This document shows, piece after piece, positions 59,915 through 64,000 of a stretch of DNA of 64,000 bases. The notes under the pieces are model-generated. The model saw only the letters and a list, made by a program, of their open reading frames with translations. It searched no databases and had not been told where the DNA came from. A program made the translations under genes and the position numbers. Source of the stretch: Coprothermobacterota bacterium (lineage in GTDB: Bacteria; Coprothermobacterota; Coprothermobacteria; Coprothermobacterales; Coprothermobacteraceae); assembly GCA_036679065.1 (NCBI GenBank), contig JAZIGN010000001.1:32001-96000 (forward strand). Direction: 5' to 3'. Position 1 is the stretch's first letter; each line of letters opens with the position of its first letter.

Positions 59915-61693
59915 TTGGGCAAGTATGAAGGGGAACAAATAAAAAAGCTCATGCAAAGGGCCGAACGCGTGGGGACTCTGGGTTCTCCATCTAGTACCGG
60001 TACGCTCAGTGTGGAAATACTAGAAACCGCAGTTTCCAAGAAACTTGTTGGCGAGATGATTTTGTTCAATTTTATTCAAGATAGCAAGGAGCATTTCGGT
60101 CTCGGACAAATAAACGAGGTCATACTTAAGAACAAATGGCTTGAGGATCCCACAATGAGGGCGTTAGCTCGGAGGCGTGGAAACGTGAACCAAGTTAGCG
60201 GCATGCAGGATACTCACCGGGCTGATGTCATGGTAAGTGCGGTTTTTGGGTTGGGTGAAAAGGGTTTCGAGCCAAGCGTATTGGGTACTGTACCACCTAC
60301 TGGTACCATGCTTCACTTGGTTAACGACGAGATCTTGGATTTACTTCTAAACCGCTACAAAAACGAAATCTTCTACCTGGGTCGCATCTATGGTTCTGAG
60401 ACGAAACTGCCCATGTGGTTCAAGCATTTTGGCACAGGTCCGGCAGGTGCTGGTGAAGCTTATCACATTGGTGTGTTTGGCAGAACAGGCTCTGGCAAAT
60501 CTGTTTTGGCAAAAATGATTACACTGGCTTATGCGAGGCACGCCGACATGGGTATTTTCATTCTTGATCCGCAAGGGGAATTTGCTTTGGGCCTTGGTGA
60601 TGGTGCTCCGGGTATCAAATCCATGGGAAACGTTCTTTGTAAGCCGGTCTTGCGTAAACTAGGACGTGAAGCTGTGGTTTACGACATTGAGAACATCTTG
60701 CTCCAGGATTGGTACTTGTTTACTCATTTCTTGAAGGAGTTTGGGTTTTTTAGTGACCTTGGCATAAAGTATGAGGATTACCAGGAAATCGCTGCGGATT
60801 ACTTGGAGGATTTTTTACGTGACAGCGGCACCGTAAGCTTTCAAAACCTGAGTGAAGAAACGTTGTTACCTGTTCTGGATTACTTGTACAGAGTGGCTGA
60901 GAAAATTTACGCGGGAAAAGCTGGTTACGACCGAGTGCGTTCAAACGTGGATGAGCTAAAGCAGAAAATGGAGGAAGGCACCTTTTCACGCACTCAAAGA
61001 ACATGGAACACTGTTATCCGGTTTTTTAAATGGAGTAGCGGAAAAAAAACTCCTGCTCAGATCATCAACGACCATGTTTTAACCCCGGAGAAAAAACCTG
61101 TTGTTGTCATCGATCTTTCGAAGAAAGCTGAAGGGGTTAGCGAAATAAGTTGGAACGAGTCCATAAAACCGCTCATCATTGGTACTTTTCTTGGTGCCCT
61201 GGTTCGCGAGGCAGAAAATCATTACAAGGAAGGAAAGAGCCTGAACACGTTGGTGGTCATTGATGAAGCGCATCGCTTTGTACCCAGTGGCCGACTGGAA
61301 AACAGGAACAGTGAATCAGTAAGGCGCACTTTGATTGATGCAGTGAGAACCACAAGAAAGTACGGTCTGGGGTGGATGTTCATAAGTCAAACTTTGTCAA
61401 GCTTGGACCGGGAAATAGTGGAGCAACTCCGCATAAGCTTCTTTGGTTTTGGGCTTTCCATGGGAAGTGAACTTCGTTCGCTGACTGAAATCATTGGTGG
61501 TTCGCAAAGTGCCATGAACCTGTATCAGTCGTTTCGCGATCCCCACAGCTCATTCGATTTGGAGTCCAGGCAGTACTCGTTCATGACAGTGGGTCCAGTT
61601 TCTCCATTGTCCTTTGCTGGTACGCCCTTGTTTTTTAATGCTTTTAACGATGTGGGTGAGTTTCTGCGTGCTAACAACTTGGAGATCTACTGA
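59915..61693 (+). CDS. herA: HerA/FtsK-family ATPase (DUF87) with N-terminal HAS-barrel-like region
   Basis: HIGVFGRTGSGKS Walker A, ILDPQGEF, VVIDEAHRF Walker B and RKYGLG...ISQ; TTG start after AGGAGG. Confidence 0.88.
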   Translation: MGKYEGEQIKKLMQRAERVGTLGSPSSTGTLSVEILETAVSKKLVGEMILFNFIQDSKEHFGLGQINEVILKNKWLEDPTMRALARRRGNVNQVSGMQDTHRADVMVSAVFGLGEKGFEPSVLGTVPPTGTMLHLVNDEILDLLLNRYKNEIFYLGRIYGSETKLPMWFKHFGTGPAGAGEAYHIGVFGRTGSGKSVLAKMITLAYARHADMGIFILDPQGEFALGLGDGAPGIKSMGNVLCKPVLRKLGREAVVYDIENILLQDWYLFTHFLKEFGFFSDLGIKYEDYQEIAADYLEDFLRDSGTVSFQNLSEETLLPVLDYLYRVAEKIYAGKAGYDRVRSNVDELKQKMEEGTFSRTQRTWNTVIRFFKWSSGKKTPAQIINDHVLTPEKKPVVVIDLSKKAEGVSEISWNESIKPLIIGTFLGALVREAENHYKEGKSLNTLVVIDEAHRFVPSGRLENRNSESVRRTLIDAVRTTRKYGLGWMFISQTLSSLDREIVEQLRISFFGFGLSMGSELRSLTEIIGGSQSAMNLYQSFRDPHSSFDLESRQYSFMTVGPVSPLSFAGTPLFFNAFNDVGEFLRANNLEIY

Positions 61694-62107
61694 TCGCTGC
61701 TGGTATGTGCTTTTTTTTGTGTGTGGACTCCAAAGGATTTCTATTTCGGCGACGGTGACTGGAATGGCTTTTTTTCGCATTTAACGTTTAAGTTTAATAG
61801 TGGTGATTGGACGCGCTTATGCGGGCTAAAATCACTCATGTGGAGTGTGAAGCGTCAAGTATGAAGTGGGAAATGACATGGTTCATGTAATAGCTGTTTC
61901 CAGGGTTTCTAAGACCAAGAGTTTGGACGGTTATCAAAACTGTGTGGTGTTGTTTCCACTGGAAGGTGGCGCTGGCCAATTTGGGATCATTTGGGAACTT
62001 GTGAATCGTACTTACCTGCTTACCGCATTGGTACTTTGGATCACACAATACACAACAAAAAACTAGGAATACAAAGGAGTAACGTGGAAAGGGGGACTTA
62101 AATTTCC

Positions 62108-64000
62108 ATGAAGAATGAAAAAGTGCATGGTAATGGCGCAAACAACGAAGTGCTGGAAAAGCTGCAGAATTTGTTGAAACAGCTTTTTGAAATTGATGCA
62201 TCATCGGATTTGGACTTCGGGATTTACCGCATTTTGAATTTCCGCAGACGTGAAATCAACAAGTTCATTGAAGAGCGACTGCCACAGCGTGTGAATGAGG
62301 CTTTTGCGCACTTTGCTGCCCATACTGAGGAGGAAATTAGCAAGCAGCAAGCTGATGCAGTGGCCGTGGAAGACATGAAAACAAGGGTTTACAATGATCT
62401 TTACACATTTTTCAGTCGGTATTACGAAGATGGTGATTTTGTGCCTCGTTACCGCTACAGCATACGCGGGCACAAGTACGCCATTCCCTACAACGGCGAG
62501 GAGATCAAGCTGTACTGGGTGAACAGTGGGCAGTACTACACCAAGACGGGCACGTTGTTCCGTGATTACACCTTTGTTGCTGGTAACACGAGAATCGTAT
62601 TCAGATTAAGTGAAGCAACTGAAGAACTCGGTTCAAACAAAGCCACAAATGACCGGTTTTTCGTGCTTGACTCAGAAGAGCCGATCATCTTTGAAACTGG
62701 ACCCAAAGGAGAAGAAGGCAAATCCAGAACTGTGGTAGTGCGTTTCAACTACAGAGAACTTTACGAGGGCGATGCATGGTTTCAGCACACACAGGGTTTG
62801 TCGGCAAAACCGTCAAACGCCGGTTCTAATAATGAAAGTAGTGGCAAGGTTGAGGAAGTAGATTCCTGGGAAGAGGAAAATTATGACGAGGACGAAGGTA
62901 CTCAACATGGTAGTGGCACTGCTCGAACCACTGTAAGAATCAAGCAGGACAACTTAAACCCCCTTTTGGAGGAAGCCATCATTGACGCTGTGGCAAAAGT
63001 GGACAAAATGCTTGCTGATTGGTTAGCTGAGCCAGTCCAAAGCAATGCTGGGCCGGACCGTCGGCAGGAAGGTGCACAGCAACAAAATAGGAGCCTGCTT
63101 GGTTATCATTTGCGCCGCTTCACTTCCAAGAACAATCGTGATTACTTCATTCACAAGAATCTGCGTGCATTTCTGAATGACCAACTGGATTACTTCATAA
63201 AAGCTGAGGTACTTGATACGAGCACTTTGCTGGAGCCGAATGAGGTCAATAAGCACTTGAGCCGAGCTAGCGCGGTAAAGGAACTTGGCACTGCCATCAT
63301 TGATTTTTTAGCTCAGGTTGAAGATTTCCAAAAACGGCTTTGGGAAAAGAAGAAATTTGTTATTAAAACCGATTACGTGATCACACTGAACAGGCTTGCT
63401 CAGTGGACAAACCCTGAGTTCATGAAATACGTGGAAGAAGCCGTACTTGGGAACCAGGAGCAGCTAAGTGAATGGAGCACCCTGTTGGCATTGAATCCTG
63501 AAACCACTCGTTGGACTCGCGAAAGTCTACTCAGGGGTGGAAGCGCAAATGACGGTGGAAGTGCAAATGACGGCGAGCTGTGGAGTGCAGGGGTTGGCAG
63601 CGATGCACTTAGGCCGGAAATGTACAAGCCACTACCTTTAGATACTGCTTATTTTGATTCAGAGTTCAAGTGGCGCGTGTTGGCCGAAATAAGCAAAAAC
63701 GTGGGACTGGGTGATGCACTTGATGGTTTGCTTGTGAAGAGTGAGAACTTTCAGGCTCTGAACACGCTACTGACCAAGTACAAAGCCAAAGTTCAGACCA
63801 TCTACATTGATCCGCCATTCAACAAGGAGCAGGATGCCAACTTTCTTTACAATGTGAAGTACAAAGATTCCACCTGGGCAAGCATGTTGGAAAACCGCCT
63901 GCGGCTTGGACGAGAACTGCTCAGTGAGCGCGGCAGCATCTTCGTGCGTTGCGACTACAACGGCAACTGGATTGTAAGGCCAATAATGGATGATATTTTT
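62108..64000 (+). CDS. Large site-specific amino (N6-adenine-type) DNA methyltransferase, type III R-M Mod-like; runs off the window
   Basis: Translated by hand (absent from the ORF track): DLDFGIYRILN, FFSRYYEDGDF, YAIPYNGEEIKLYW, NNRDYFIHKNL, SENFQAL and VQTIYIDPPFN (catalytic DPPY/F motif). Confidence 0.88.
   Translation, partial: MKNEKVHGNGANNEVLEKLQNLLKQLFEIDASSDLDFGIYRILNFRRREINKFIEERLPQRVNEAFAHFAAHTEEEISKQQADAVAVEDMKTRVYNDLYTFFSRYYEDGDFVPRYRYSIRGHKYAIPYNGEEIKLYWVNSGQYYTKTGTLFRDYTFVAGNTRIVFRLSEATEELGSNKATNDRFFVLDSEEPIIFETGPKGEEGKSRTVVVRFNYRELYEGDAWFQHTQGLSAKPSNAGSNNESSGKVEEVDSWEEENYDEDEGTQHGSGTARTTVRIKQDNLNPLLEEAIIDAVAKVDKMLADWLAEPVQSNAGPDRRQEGAQQQNRSLLGYHLRRFTSKNNRDYFIHKNLRAFLNDQLDYFIKAEVLDTSTLLEPNEVNKHLSRASAVKELGTAIIDFLAQVEDFQKRLWEKKKFVIKTDYVITLNRLAQWTNPEFMKYVEEAVLGNQEQLSEWSTLLALNPETTRWTRESLLRGGSANDGGSANDGELWSAGVGSDALRPEMYKPLPLDTAYFDSEFKWRVLAEISKNVGLGDALDGLLVKSENFQALNTLLTKYKAKVQTIYIDPPFNKEQDANFLYNVKYKDSTWASMLENRLRLGRELLSERGSIFVRCDYNGNWIVRPIMDDIF
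63536..63574 (+). repeat. In-frame 18-bp tandem duplication inside the methyltransferase gene
   Basis: GGTGGAAGCGCAAATGAC GGTGGAAGTGCAAATGAC GGC, encoding GGSAND-GGSAND-G. Confidence 0.85.

Noticed and set aside
61836..62204. Short ORFs between herA and the methylase (61866-62066 +, 61836-62204 -)
   Set aside because: No recognisable motif; the minus ORF overlaps the methylase. A small gene cannot be fully excluded.

Overview
Compact, mostly housekeeping window from a bacterial chromosome. Gene content and protein style suggest a thermophilic anaerobe, possibly Coprothermobacter-like; this is an inference, not a database result. Left to right: an M16 peptidase, S4 protein and MazG; a membrane pyrophosphatase; tRNA-Ser then rplU-rpmA-obgE-nadD-rsfS-rnpB; plsY; an S41 protease; a polar amino-acid ABC transporter with two frameshifts; an aminotransferase; phoB-phoR-phoU; a sirtuin; surE; an SDH protease-rhomboid-trmB unit; an F-type ATPase operon with a b-delta fusion; a Mo/W-cofactor cluster (moeA, moeA-PBP, moaA, folC, two complementary MoaC-like genes, mogA/moaB); orphan OadB, malic enzyme and a ROK kinase; a cytidylyltransferase with a glycerol-1-phosphate dehydrogenase-like gene; SLT, 5'-nucleotidase, two DegV and asnS; an asparaginase; a radical SAM gene; a pilin-like gene; L20 leader-infC(AUA start)-rpmI-rplT-pheST-mutS2; panG-panB-panC-panD. 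The right end looks like the start of a defence island: nurA, herA and a large type III-like DNA methyltransferase that runs off the window. The best candidate for an undescribed system is the tandem pair of MoaC paralogues, each keeping a complementary half of the conserved active-site residues (a putative obligate heteromeric cPMP synthase). Second is the NurA-HerA-Mod locus. No CRISPR array, rRNA or transposase was seen.
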